DNA of 64,000 nt from assembly GCF_020745735.1 (NCBI RefSeq), contig NC_083409.1, positions 19,612,341-19,676,340 on the forward strand, in the 5' to 3' direction. The notes beneath the pieces are model-generated. The model was not told the DNA's origin. It did not search any database and saw only the letters and a program-made list of their open reading frames with translations. The DNA is from Hemiscyllium ocellatum. Its lineage: Eukaryota. The position numbers were made by a program, and so were the translations under genes. Positions 23,200 through 34,600 of this stretch are shown here, piece by piece. Numbering within the stretch: the first letter of the stretch is position 1; the number at the start of each line of letters is the position of its first letter.

Positions 23200-24780
23200 G
23201 GGAAGGAGGCCCATGTTTACTGTTTATTGGTCCTATGGGAAGGTGCCCCATGTTTACATCATCATAGAGTCATAGAGGTTTACAGCGTGGGATCAGGCCC
23301 TTCAGCTCAACTCATCCATGCCGACCAAGTTCCCAAAACTGAACTAGTCCCATCTGCATGCGTTTGGCCCAATCCTCTCTAAATCCTTCCTATCCATGTT
23401 CCTGTAAAAATGTCCTTGAAATCTAGTAATTGCACTCCCCTCTACCATTTCCTCTGGCGGCTCATTGCACATACACACCATCCTCTGTGTGAAAAAATTG
23501 TCTCTCAGGCCCCTTCTAATTCTTTCCCCTCTCAACTTAAACATATTCCTTCTCATACTGGACTCTCCTACCCTGGGGAAAAAAAAACTTTGGCTATTCA
23601 CCTTATCTATGGCCCTAATGATTCTATAAACCTGTCTAAGGTCACCCCTCAATCTCCTGCATTCACTGGAAAAATCTCTCGGACTATCCATCCTCGCCTT
23701 GTAATTCAAACTCACCAACCTTGGTAACATCCCTGTTAACCTTTCTTTTATCCAAACCAGTGTAATAACTTCCTTCCTATAGCAGGGTAAATAGGAATGT
23801 ACACAGTGTCCAAATGTAGCCTTACCAATGCCTTGTACAGCTGTAACATGATGTCCCAGCTCCTGTACTCCCTGCTTTGACCAGTGAAGGTGAGCGTGCC
23901 AAATGCCTTCTTCACCATCCTGTCTACCTGTGACACCACTTCCAAGGAACTATGCACCTGTACCCCTCAGTCTCTCTGTTCAACAACACTCCCCATGGCT
24001 CTACCATTAATTATGTAATTCCTGCCCTGGTTTGTCTTACCAAAATGCAACTCCTTGCATTTATTGAAATTAAGCTCCATCTGGATTTGTTGACCCACTG
24101 ACCCAGTTGATGAAGATGACATTGCATTCTTAGATAATCTTCTTACCTGACCACGATGCCAACAATTTTAATGTCAGCCACAAACTTACTGACCATTCCT
24201 GCTATTTTCTCATACAAATTGTTCATGTAAATGATGAACAACAGTGGATCCAGGATCGATTCTTGTGGCAGATGGCTGGTCACTGGCCTCCAGTCTGAAG
24301 ATCAACCCTCTCTCACCAGCCTCTGCCTCCTACCATCAGGCCCATTTTATATCCAATTGGTTAGCTCTACCTGGATCCTCTGTGATATAATCTTACTAAG
24401 CAGTCTACAATGGGGAACCTTGTCTAAGGCCTTGCTAAAGTCCATGTCGATGATATGTACTGATCTATCTTAAGCTATCTATTTCTTCAAAAACTCAACT
24501 ATCCACTTGTCACCATTAGAAGGACAAGTGAATAGGAGGCCCACATTTACTGGTCTTCTTGGAGTATCCAGTCAGAAGGAGGTCCATGTTTACTGGTTTC
24601 CTTTGGAGAGTCCATAACGAAGGAGGCCAACATTTATTGGAGGCTCAAGCAGGAACAATGCCCATGTTTACTGGTCTCTATTGGGAGCTTCAGTGGGAAG
24701 GAGGCCCATGTCTCTCCATGGGGCACTCTCGTGAACTGACGTCCATGTTTACTGGACTCTGTTGGAGAGTCCAGTGCAGC
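23200..24780 (+). repeat. Degenerate 42-44-bp minisatellite (core ggaggcccatgtttactgg) split by a CR1 insertion
   Basis: Core motif recurs at ~23207, ~23245, ~24536, ~24578, ~24622, ~24660, ~24700 and ~24742. Confidence 0.7.
23262..24510 (-). mobile_element. 5'-truncated CR1 LINE
   Basis: ORFs 23344-23730 and 23748-23957 (RRLRGDLRQVY, LQLYKALVRLHL); catagagtcatag tail at the left end. Confidence 0.85.
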
Positions 24781-24949
24781 GTGAACACCATGGTGGGTGT
24801 GGGGTTCAGTTCCTTTCTGTTGTAACTGTGTGATGGTCCAACCCTCATCCCAGTAAAACACACTGACTCAGAGACTGATCGTGGAAGGGGAAGGACAGGG
24901 GAAGGGATTGGAACATGCTGTGAATGGACAGGATGGGTCAGTGGGTCAG

Positions 24950-25249
24950 AGCCTGTGCTGTCCCTCCAGCTCACACTGATGGCCTGAGGATCTCCTCTCT
25001 CTGCTGGGCCTTCATGGAATGAGGTTTGTGTCCAAACCAGTCCCCAGTGAGAATAGGGCAACAGCACAGAACTGCCCTTCATTTAACAAGAATCTGTCCA
25101 TCTTCCTGAGAGATACCAAAACCTGGTCAATGTGGAAATGGACCTTTACTCCAGGAGAAGACATGCTTCTGGGGTCAAGGGTTAACATCCATTAGTGGGG
25201 CAGAGCAGGGAGAGATTTATCCTGAATTCAACTGTCACCACCTGGGACA
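24950..25249 (-). pseudogene. Possible decayed Ig-superfamily exon (VSQVVTVEFRINLSLLCP...VFSW)
   Basis: Strong minus-strand acceptor (pyrimidine tract then cacag at 25250-25254). The peptide resembles LQNVTAEVGTSLSL at ~36800. Contains stops and frameshifts. Confidence 0.35.
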
Positions 25250-25579
25250 CTGTGAGAAAGAGAGAGAAGTGAGACAGAGAGAGAGAAATAGAGGCCGAGT
25301 GTGATGCGGAGAACGAGGGAGAAACAGAGGGAGAAATAGAGAGGGGTAGATAACATTTGGAGGCTTTCAATTGAAGTGAGAGATGGAGCGAGTGACGAAG
25401 ACAGTGAGAGATGGAGAAAGATTATGAGACGGAGTGAGGAAGCGTGAGTGAGTTGGAGAGAGTGGCTATGAGACAGAGTGAGAGAGAGGGAATATGAGAG
25501 AGATTAACAGTGGGGAGAGAGATAGATGTAGAGAGATCAAAGTAGCAGATGTGAGACAGAAAGGGGAAAAGAGAGAGAG

Positions 25580-26470
25580 AGAGAGAAAGGTCCTGATCAC
25601 CACATTCTGGGAAGGATGTGATTGTACTTGAGAGGGGGCAGAGGAGATTTCCCAGGATGCTGCCTGGGATGGAGGGTCAGCTATGAGGAAAGACTGGAAA
25701 GGTTGGGGCTGTTTTCCTTGGAGCATTGAAGGTTGAGAGGGACCTGATAGAGAGGTATAAGATAATTGTTGGCAGTGATATGTTGCATAGGAAGGCACTT
25801 TATACAAGAGTAAAGGACTCAATAACCAGGGACAGAGATTGAAGGTAACACAGACATGGACACATTGAAACTTGGAGCAGGAGCAGGCCATTCGGCCCTT
25901 TGAATCTTATGTGTCATTCAGTATGATCATGGCTGATCCTCTCTCTCAATGCTGTGCTGCTGCTTTCTCCCCATTTCCTTCATGCTGTTAAAACGCAAAA
26001 CAACTCTTTTCTTTCTTGAATATATTCAGTTCCTTGTCCTCCACAGCTGTTTGTGGTAGAGAATTCATCAGGTTGACCATTCTCTGAGTGAAGAAATGTT
26101 TCCTCATCTCAGTCCTAAATGGTTGGCCCTGTATCCCCCTGAGCCTGTGTCCCCTCGTTCCAGACTCCCCAACCAGGGGAAACCTCCTCCCTGCCCAGCC
26201 CTGTTACAATTTTATGTGTTTCAATCAGATCCCCTCTCATCCTTCTAAACTCGAGTGAATCCAGGCCCAGTTGAGTTGCAGAGTGAGAGGAGAATTGAGG
26301 AGAAATGTTTTCACAAAGAGTGTGGTGGGAATCTGGAACTCACTGCCTGAAAGGCTGGTTGAGTCACAAACTCTCGTGACATTGGAGCAATATTTAGATA
26401 TTCCCTTGTATTGCTGTAGCCCTCAGGGTAATGGGCCATGAGCTGGAGGATGGGATTAGTGTCATCACAT
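25580..26470. mobile_element. Three short CR1 3' fragments in mixed orientation
   Basis: C-terminal RT and tail motifs (aggttgagagggacctgataga; gagcaggagcaggccattcggccc; gtggtgggaatctggaactcactgcc). Confidence 0.7.
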
Positions 26471-26560
26471 CTTTGTTTACCAGCACAGATACAATGGGAC
26501 AAATGGCCTCATTCAGTGCTGTTCACATCAATCACTGTCTGAGACAAAGAGAGAGAGAGA

Positions 26561-26658
26561 AGAGGAAGTTTGAGGGGTTGACGTGGCTCTCTCTGCCTGA
26601 TGCCATTTACATACTGAGGAACACCCAGTCAGACTCTCACAAACTGCAGCTTTATAAA
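26561..26658 (+). promoter_or_regulatory. V-kappa promoter: PU box AGAGGAAGT (26561), variant octamer ATTTACAT (26605-26612), TATAAA (26653-26658)
   Basis: The octamer-TATA-ATG order and spacing match Ig light-chain promoters. The octamer has one mismatch to ATTTGCAT. Confidence 0.7.
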
Positions 26659-26718
26659 GCAGAACCAAGTGAAGGGAGAGTTTATCAGGAACCAGGCACA
26701 GGGACAGGAGCACACACC

Positions 26719-26767
26719 ATGATTTCACACATCCAGCTGATCTGGCCCCTGGCATTCTGTGTTGCAG
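26719..26767 (+). CDS. IGKV: Ig kappa V leader exon (MISHIQLIWPLAFCVA-G)
   Basis: ATG, hydrophobic leader, and a phase-1 GT donor at 26768 that matches the acceptor at 26953. Confidence 0.92.
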
Positions 26768-26953
26768 GTACAAATCTCTCTCCTTCCACCTTGAATCTTT
26801 AGCTGCTCTCCATTTCACTCTAATTCCACTGACTTGTGACTGAAGGGAAAATGCTGAAAGCAGAGGAATGCTCAGTGTCTCCAACAATCTCTCATTTGAC
26901 AGGCTCTTTCTGTGACAGTTCTGACTTCACCGTGTTTCTCTCTGACCCCTCAG

Positions 26954-27252
26954 GTATCAATGGGGACATCATCATGACTCAGTCTCCCCCGGTGCTGTCA
27001 GTGGGACTGGGCCAGACCGCAAAACTCACCTGTACGGCCAGTCAATCTGTTAGCAATGAGCTTTCCTGGTACCAGCAGCGAGAAGGTCAGAAACCCTCTC
27101 TCCTGATCTATTATGCAACAAATCGATTCACAGGAGTCTCCGATCGATTCACTGGTAGTGGATCAGGGACCAGTTTCACCCTGACAATCAGCAACATTCA
27201 GAATGAGGATGTCGCTGACTATTACTGTTTGCAGGATTACAGCTCCCCTCAA
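26954..27252 (+). CDS. IGKV: Ig light-chain V exon, kappa/type III (NS4-like), open frame: [27 protein letters not shown]...[10 protein letters not shown]...[16 protein letters not shown]
   Basis: AG acceptor, both conserved Cys, WYQQ and DYYC motifs, no stops, immediately followed by an RSS. Confidence 0.97.
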
Positions 27253-27280
27253 CACAGTGACACAGAGCCATACAAAAACC
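27253..27280 (+). other. 12-bp-spacer recombination signal sequence (CACAGTG-12-ACAAAAACC)
   Basis: Perfect consensus heptamer 27253-27259 and nonamer 27272-27280. Confidence 0.98.
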
Positions 27281-27688
27281 TGAAAGCACACAGAATCACC
27301 TCCTGTACTGACACATCCACGGTTATATAAAATGCATAATAATGGACACACAGTCCCACCGCCTGAACTGTCATATCCCACAGTTAGTTCTAAATGAAAC
27401 TGAACAAATTACCCCATGCTAGGATTGTCACTGTCCACGACACACTCCAGTCCCTGTGGTGTCTCAATGCTCACTAAAGGCCGCAAGTTTCCCTCTTACA
27501 CTCCATGGCCACATGTGAAGAGCAGCTGCAAGATTTAACAACAAAAAATAAAGTGCACAACCCAGAGGCAGAGACAGAAAGACACATGAATGAGGGAAAG
27601 ACTGATAGGGGCAAAAAGAGGGTGAGAGTGATCGACAGACTGGGAGACAGGGAGAGGGTGAGAGTGACAGAGGGAAGCAGAGAGCTGA

Positions 27689-27727
27689 GGTTTTTGTACA
27701 GCCTCTGCACTGGGAGCTCTCACTGTG
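27689..27727 (-). other. 23-bp-spacer recombination signal sequence (GGTTTTTGT-23-CACTGTG on +)
   Basis: Perfect consensus nonamer 27689-27697 and heptamer 27721-27727. The V12/J23 pairing is the kappa pattern. Confidence 0.98.
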
Positions 27728-27762
27728 GCTTACGTTCGGTAAAGGAACCAAGCTCAGACTGA
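27728..27762 (+). CDS. IGKJ: Ig kappa J segment (LTFGKGTKLRL)
   Basis: FGxGT motif and a GTAAGT phase-1 donor at 27763. Confidence 0.97.
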
Positions 27763-27973
27763 GTAAGTAAAACTCAATCCTCTGTTACTAACCCTTTCAA
27801 TACTGAAACTTTCTAAATCGCAAATGCTGAATTGCTGCAGGTGTTAGTGAGGAGCTGCAGTGAATGAAATGGTTGATTGAGGAGCACTGTGTCTAACAGG
27901 GTGTCCAGCTGTATTTCAGTAGTCCTATTGCCCCCTTTAAGCAGCAAGATATAAGTCAGTAAGTTTTACTCAC

Positions 27974-28182
27974 TGTGTGGAGGAGCTCTGTCCATTTGCA
28001 GCCTGTGGTCCCATTCCTGCAGCATGGAGTGAAATCAGTGAGTAGCCTCCTGCCAGTCTCAGTGTGACGGACTCGGGCAGAGTTTGATGTGAGCTCTGGC
28101 TCCCTGTCCCAGTCTCTGATCTCACTGACCTCAGCAGCAGCAGCAGCAGCAGCAGCAGCACAGTGAGACACCGAGCTCCCAC
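27974..28182 (-). pseudogene. Possible decayed exon encoding a signal-peptide-like stretch and an Ig-like start (RCLTVLLLLLLLLLRSVRSETGTGSQSSHQTLPESVTLRL)
   Basis: Minus-strand GTGAGT donor at 27973-27968. Similar to 36940-37127 at DNA and peptide level. No in-frame ATG. Confidence 0.35.
28132..28158. repeat. (CAG)9 trinucleotide repeat
   Basis: Nine perfect CAG units; they encode poly-Leu on the minus strand. Confidence 0.95.
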
Positions 28183-28229
28183 CTCCCCCAGCTTTAACTC
28201 TGCTCAATCACACAATCACAGAGATGTTA

Positions 28230-28670
28230 CAGTGCACACAGAGGCCGTTCCGCCCATCCTGTCTGGACCGGCTCTCCGAATGAGCAATTGACTGGTGTCA
28301 TTCTCCTGCCTTCTCCCTGTCACCCTGCACATTGTTCCTTTTCAAATAACAGTCTCATTCCCTTCGGAATGTTTCAATTGAAGCTGCCTCCACCACACTC
28401 TCAGGCAGTGCATTCCACACCTTAACCACCCACTGGCTGAAAATGTTTCTCACTCATCTCACTTTTGCTTCTTTTACAAATTATTTTCAATCCATGGCCT
28501 CTCCTTCTCAATTCTTTCTCAGGTGGGAACATTTTCTCCTTGTTTACTCTGTTCAGACCCCTCCTGATTTTGAATTTCTCGATCAAATCTCCTCTCTGCC
28601 TTCTCTTCTCTGAGGAAATCAGTCCCAACTTCTTCAGTCTATCTTCATAACTAACGTTCCTCATCCTCGA
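28230..28670 (-). mobile_element. CR1 3' fragment
   Basis: ORF 28422-28664: SYEDRLKKLGL...RRQRGDLIE. Confidence 0.85.
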
Positions 28671-28849
28671 TGGGTCAGATAGTCCATTCCTGTTCCTATT
28701 TCTAATGTTCTTATTATCTTATCTCAGTCCCAGGTCTGTTCAGGAGGAACCCATCTGTCTGTACATGTCCATCTGCCCCAAAGCCAGTCCCAATGTTAAA
28801 ATAATCTAAAGCCCTTCCTCCTGGACTGTCTTTTCAGTTCCACCGTCGC

Positions 28850-29600
28850 CTGTGCTATCCTCCTCTTTCTATTCTCACCTGCGTGGGGTACTGGGGATAA
28901 TCTTGGAGATTCCTACTTTTGAGCTCCTGCTGCTAATTCCCTCTGGAACTCCCAAAATTCCGACTGCATGACTACATCTCTTTTCTCCCTTTGTCACTGG
29001 GACCGATGTGGACCACAACTGCTGCCTGTTCCCCCTCTCCCCTCAGGGTGCTCTGCAGTCGCTCAGTGACATCCTTCACCCTGGCACCAGGGAGACAACT
29101 CACCATCCTGGATTCCCATCTGCAGCTGCAGAAACACCTATCGATGCCCTCACTCTCGAATCTCCTCTCACTATCGTTCTTTCAGTCTTCCTTGTGCCCC
29201 CCTGTACAGCTGAACCCCCCCGTGATGCCATGGACTTGGCTTTGGCTGCACTCCCGAGATGAACCATCATTCTCATCAGGATTCCAAACTGAATCCTGGT
29301 TGGAGAGTGGGATGCACTCAGGGGATTCCTGTACTAGTTGCCTGATCCTTTTGGACTGTCTGCTGCTCCCCCATTCCCTCTCTCCCTGCATACTCTGAAG
29401 CTGCAGAGTGACCACATCTAGAAACGTGCTCTCCACGGAGCTCTCAGCCTCACGGACGCTCCGCACTGACACCAGCTGCTGCTCAAGCTCCAAAACCCGG
29501 AGCTCCAACTGCTGTCACTGACCACACTTCCTGTACTCATGGTAATGCAGGAAGCAGGACAAGCAGTTCCCTCATGCAACCTGATGCACACTCTCACCAC
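28850..29600 (-). mobile_element. CR1 ORF1 fragment
   Basis: ORF 29182-29508: ELRVLELEQQLVSVRSVREAES coiled coil, with CR1 ORF1-like flanks. Confidence 0.75.
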
Positions 29601-29679
29601 TCCCTGATTATCTTTTGTCAAAGTACTTATGAGAAACAGTAACAGCAGGGCTCACAATCCAGTACTTTCAATGTCCATA

Positions 29680-30010
29680 GAATCACATAATTCCTACAGT
29701 ATGGAAACAGGCCATTTGGTCCAACAAGTCCACACTGACCCTCTGAACAGTAACCCACCCAGACCCACTCCTCTACCTTTTTAACCTACATTTACTCCTG
29801 ACTAATGTATCTAACCTACACTATGGGCAATTTAGCATGGCCAATTCACCGAACCTGCACAGCTTTGGACTGTGGGAGGAAACCAGAGTACCCGGAGGAA
29901 ACCCACGCAGGCACAGGGAGAACATGCAAACTCCACACAGTCGTCCGAGGCTAGAATCAAACCTGGGTCCATAGCGCTGTGAGGCAGCAGGGCTAACCAC
30001 GAAGTGACCG
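29680..30010 (-). mobile_element. HE1-type SINE
   Basis: Reverse complement of the SINE at 14947-15246. Confidence 0.85.
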
Positions 30011-30059
30011 TACTTTCAGTTTTCCAGGGTTTCAAGGAACCTCTACATAAACCCAAAAT

Positions 30060-31650
30060 ACTTAAGATATAGGAGCAGAATTGGGCCAGTCAGAAGAGAG
30101 TCTGCTCTGCCATTTGATCTTGTGTGATGTGTTTCTCAGCCCCATTCTCCTTTTAACTTTTGATCTCCTTACTGATCAAGAACCTATCTGTCTCTGTTTT
30201 AAATACTCTCAACACCGGGGCCTCCATAGACCTCTGTGACAATGAATTCCGCAGATTCACCACCCTGTGGCTGAAGAAATGCCTCCTTATCTCAGTTCTG
30301 ACAGATCATTCTTCATTCTGAGGCTTTGCCTTCGGGCCCGAGTTTCTTCTATTCATGGAAACACCTTCTCCATGTTCTCCAGGCCTCTCAATATTCTGTA
30401 GTTTCAATAAGATTCCCCCATCATCTTTCTAACCTCAATTTCATACAGATCCAGAATCCTCAACCACTCTTTATATGACACCCCCTTTATTCCCAGGATC
30501 ATTCTTATTCTTTCTCTCTTTTTCCTCTGGACCCTCTCCAATGACATCCTTCCTTAATAAGGAGACCAAAATTCCAAATGTGGTCTGATTACAGACTTAT
30601 ACAAACTCAGCAGTACACCTCTGATGTTAAAGTTAATGTTAACATTGTAACTGCCTTTCAAACTGCCAATGGTGAACCTGCACGTTAACCTTCAGAGAAA
30701 CCTGAGCAAGGACTCCCAATTCTCTTTGTGCTTCAGATTTCTGAAATCTTTCCTCACTTAGAAAACAGTCTGTGCCTCTATTCTTCCCACCAAAGTATCT
30801 AGCCTCATAAGTCCCCGCATTGTACTCCACCTGCCACTTCTTTGCACATTCTCCCAGCCTGACCAAGTCCTTCTGCAATCTCCCCCATTTTCTCAACTCC
30901 ACTTGACTTTTCACCAATTTTTGCGTCATCTACAAACTTATCAACAAAACTTGGTGAATGATAGGGCCTTAAGGAATATAGTGGAACAGAGGGAGCTTAG
31001 AATTCAGGTAAGCAGTTCTCTGAAGATGGAGTCACAGGTAGATAGAGCAGAGAGCTTTTTCTGCAGTACCCTTCATCAGTCAGGGCATTAACTACAGACG
31101 TTGGGAAGTAATGTTGCAGTTATACAGGACATTGGTGAAGCCACACTTGGAATATTGTGTTCAGTTTTGGTCACTTTGTTACAGGAAGGATGTTATTAAA
31201 CTGGAAAGAGTGCAGAGGAAATTTGCAAGGTTGTTGCCAGGATTCAATGGTTTCGGTTAAAGGGAGAGTACTTTTTTCTTTAGAGTGTAGGAGACTAAGG
31301 GAGGACCTCAAAAGATCATGACAGGCATGGATAGGGTGACTTCACTCACTCTTTTCCCCAAGGTTTGCGAATATGAGCTAGAGCGCATCAGTTTAAGGTT
31401 AGAGGGGAAAGAATAAACGGGAACCTGAGGGGCAACCTTTTTATACATAGGATTGTTCGTATATGGAATGAGCTGCCAGTGGAAGTGGTTGAGGTGGGTA
31501 CATTAATAACATTTAAAAGGCGTTTGGACAAATACAGCAAAGGAAAGGATTCAGAAGGATATGGGCCAAGTGCAGGATTAGTGTAAATGGACATTTTGGT
31601 TGGCATGGACCAGTTTGGTCCAAATGGCCTGTCTCCATGCTGTAGGACTC
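30060..31650. mobile_element. Two CR1 3' fragments in divergent orientation (30060-30900 minus; 30950-31650 plus)
   Basis: RT C-terminal ORF remnants (30639-30929) and 3' tails. Confidence 0.8.
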
Positions 31651-31658
31651 TGTGACAT

Positions 31659-32100
31659 TGTTATGGACCAGGCCAGACCCTTCGAAACATTTTAAGAATG
31701 CAGCCCAGACCTTACCTTTTCGAATTGTGTTCAGCAAACGTAACCTGGATAGTCCAGGAATGATACAACTGGCCAAACCACTCAGCTTGAAGGAAAAGAG
31801 AATTTATTTACACACAATCAAAAGAAAGCAGAATGTAGAATAACTTAACTGTTTGAAAACCCAACTGACAAGAAAATGCAACTTGACAAAGAGCTGTTCC
31901 AATTTGCTGCAACATCCTTGGTAAAAAGGTAAATATAAACACAGGGGTTCTTACAGGAGAGGAATTTCAGACAGTGAGTCCACTGGAAAATGTTGAATTG
32001 GGGAACCTTTCTCACCAGCAGCTTTCTTTATCCAGGAGCTTCCTACCGACTGTTTGTCAAAAACAGCAAACTGGAAGAACTGGCCACTCTCCTTTTATTG
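31659..32100. mobile_element. Possible solo LTR fragment
   Basis: Begins TGTTATGGACCAGGCCAGACC, a TG-initial LTR-like end. No second copy in the window. Confidence 0.3.
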
Positions 32101-32129
32101 GACAAGTATCTAAAATAAAACCTCAAAGT

Positions 32130-32880
32130 TAATTGCATTACCGGTACATCTGACTCCAGATTCCCTGTCACAAACTGCAGGGTGAATTCTGTCATATTAC
32201 GGTCAATGCCCCCAAGGGATTCCTTCACCCTAAGTTCCCTAATCAGGTCTGCTTCAATACACATCACCCAATCCAGAATTGCCTGTTCCATAGTGATCTC
32301 TACCACAAGCTGCTCCAAAAATCATCTCGTAGACATTTCATTAATTCCTTTCCTTGAGATCCCCAAACAATTTAATTTTCCAGTCTACCTGCATATTGAA
32401 GTCCCTCATGACCATTGTAGCAGGGCCTTCTCTATCACTTGATTTAGTTTCTTCCTCATATCCTGACTGCTGCTGGGGGGTCCTGTGCTAAGTTCTCATC
32501 ATGCTTTTTCTCCCTTACAACTCCTCACCTCTACCCACACAGATTAAATGCATTCCAACTCTAAATCCCTTCTTGTGATTGATCTCATTTCATTTCTTAC
32601 CAAGAAGGTAACCCCACCCCCATCTGCCCATCAGCATGTCCTGTCAATCGGATGTGCATCCTTGAGTATTTCATTCCCAGCCCTCAACCCCTTACAGCCA
32701 GGTCTCTGTGATACTCAAAGCATCATACCTGCCAATTCCAATCTGCGCTACAAGCTCATTTACCTCATTTCGGATACTCCCTGCATTCAGGTACGACACC
32801 CTCAGACCTGCATTGACTGCCCTCCTTTTCATAGTTGTTCCCTTATGCACTGTGCCTAAAATTAATTTTCTGACCCTTTC
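32130..32880 (-). mobile_element. CR1 endonuclease fragment
   Basis: ORF 32692-32883: SYLNAGSIRNEVNELVAQI...LSITETWL; ORF 32043-32318: AILDWVMC. Confidence 0.85.
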
Positions 32881-33229
32881 CATAATCTATGTCCGATTAA
32901 TTATTCTGGAAATTTTACTAACCTCTCCTGAGCCCTGCGTCACTTTAATGATTTTAAAGTCCTTGGGAACTCAAATTATCTCAATTTATGGCATCACACT
33001 GTCTATCTTATTCTAAATGATGCATGCGTCATCATACAAAGACTTTTTAAGTTATTTCTATTGTCAAGTTTCCCTGCACTTCTGTATTGCCTTGTTACAA
33101 TAGGACATTCACAAATTCTGACCCTTCCTCTTATTTTCTGGTAACAATCAAACCCATCACTAACCACGACTCCCACCTTCTGTGCCTTTCATTTTCTCAC
33201 ATTCTGTGCAACTGAACCCATTTGCTTTC

Positions 33230-33665
33230 TCTTTGGGTTGACTTCAGGTCAATATTTATCCCTGAAACATCACTGAACATGCTTCGTAATCTCATTTTTG
33301 TTTGTGTAATATTGCTGTGTACAAATTATGTTTTCTGCATTACAACAGTGACCAGTGTCCAGACAAGTCCCTCACTCTCTGTAAATGCTTTGGGAGAGCC
33401 TGACATACAAGTCTCTCTTTTGATGCACTGGGAGCCTTTCAGATATCAGAGATGCCATTCCATGGCTCTATTAGACAGACAGCAGGACGGTGTCTCCTGG
33501 TGTCCTGGTCAATATTGATTCCCTAATGAGCATCACTAAAAATCGGATCCTCGCCTCATTGTCACCCAGCTCTCTGGGATCTTGCTGAGCACAGTCTGAT
33601 GGAAAGAGCCACTGCGACATCCTGAGGTGGAGGCAGGTGCAACATAAATGCAAGTCTTTCTTTGA
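33230..33665 (+). mobile_element. Two tandem old SINE 3' halves (Deu-domain/SacSINE1-like)
   Basis: Both contain gtcaatatt.at.ccct..catcact.aa and end in ..caagtct.tcttt. The same tail occurs at 60-115, 48100-48230 and 60660-60780. Confidence 0.55.
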
Positions 33666-33899
33666 GGTTGGAGTCTCCTGAACCTGACCCTTGCCCATTG
33701 GATGCACGCTTCCATCTTCCAGGGAATATGGGATCATTAAGAGCAGTGTCACTGTCTGATCCCAAGACACTGAGACTCTTTGCAGCCTCACCTTTGACCT
33801 TAACCCAGCGCTGATCTGGAAGATTTGAAACAAAATCTAGAACCTTCTACATGGACACCCAACGTGACTCCTTCCTGAAGTGTGCTGATCCAACTCTGC

Positions 33900-34420
33900 T
33901 CCAATGTTGTTGGATAAACTTATCCCGAGCTGTGAGTGATCGGAGGTTTGCTAAAGAGGTGTCGAACTCCACCCCACATACCAGCTCTTGCTCCATAGCT
34001 CTGGAGGCTTTGGTGTTTCAAGTGAATATCCAAGTGTTTTTTTCAATGTGATGAGGGTTTCTGCCGCTCTCATCCTTTCAGCTAGTGAGGTCCTGATCCC
34101 ACCAGCCACTGGGTGAAAACAATTACTCTTCAACTCCCCTCTAACCCTGCCCCCAATTCATTTCAATCTCTCTCCATGGTTATTGCCCTCTCTGCCAATG
34201 GAAATCCTACCCACTTTATCCAGACCTCTCATCATTTTACACACCATCGATCAAATCTCCCCTCAGCCTCCTGTGTTCCAAAGAAACCAGTCCCAGCCAA
34301 ACCAATCATTCCTCAAAGCTAATACTCCTAATTTCTGACAAAATCCTCCACTGTCCCCATCTCTAGGGGGACCAGAACTGCACACAGTTCTCTCACAGTG
34401 CTCTAACTGGGCTTTATTTG
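33900..34420 (-). mobile_element. CR1 3' fragment
   Basis: aattgttttcacccagtggctggtgggatc and related tail motifs on the minus strand. Confidence 0.65.
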
Positions 34421-34424
34421 AGGT

Positions 34425-34600
34425 CAGAAGTCACACAACACCAGGTTATAGTCCAACAGGCTTATTTCAAATCACAAGATTTCAGAGCACTGTTCCTTCA
34501 GCACTGAAGTCGCTTCACCTGAAGATGGAGCAGCATTTCAAAAGCTTGTGATTTTAAATAAACCTGTTGAACTGTAACATGGTGTCATGTGACTCCTGCA
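34425..34600. repeat. Imperfect inverted repeat of two Penelope-like terminal units, head to head
   Basis: cacacaacaccaggttatagtccaacagg.ttattt is mirrored by aaataaacctgttgaactgtaacatggtgtcatgtg, with decayed CTGAnGA cores in the centre. Confidence 0.65.

Noticed and set aside
25182-25891. Ser/Leu-rich hydrophobic ORFs over the GA-rich tract
   Set aside because: Low-complexity purine tract plus a CR1 fragment; only the terminal VSQVVTVEF...CP part is retained as a candidate exon.
28159-28165. Perfect heptamer CACAGTG next to the CAG repeat, and CACTGTG at 27971
   Set aside because: No nonamer at 12- or 23-bp spacing and no adjoining coding segment, so not an RSS.
33279-33518. ORF resembling a signal peptide plus V-domain start (MLRNLIFVCVILLCTNYVFCITTVTSVQTSPSLSV)
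   Set aside because: The DNA is the 3' half of an old SINE whose tail recurs at 33480-33665, 48100-48230 and 60660-60780. The Ig resemblance needs a frameshift and is likely chance.
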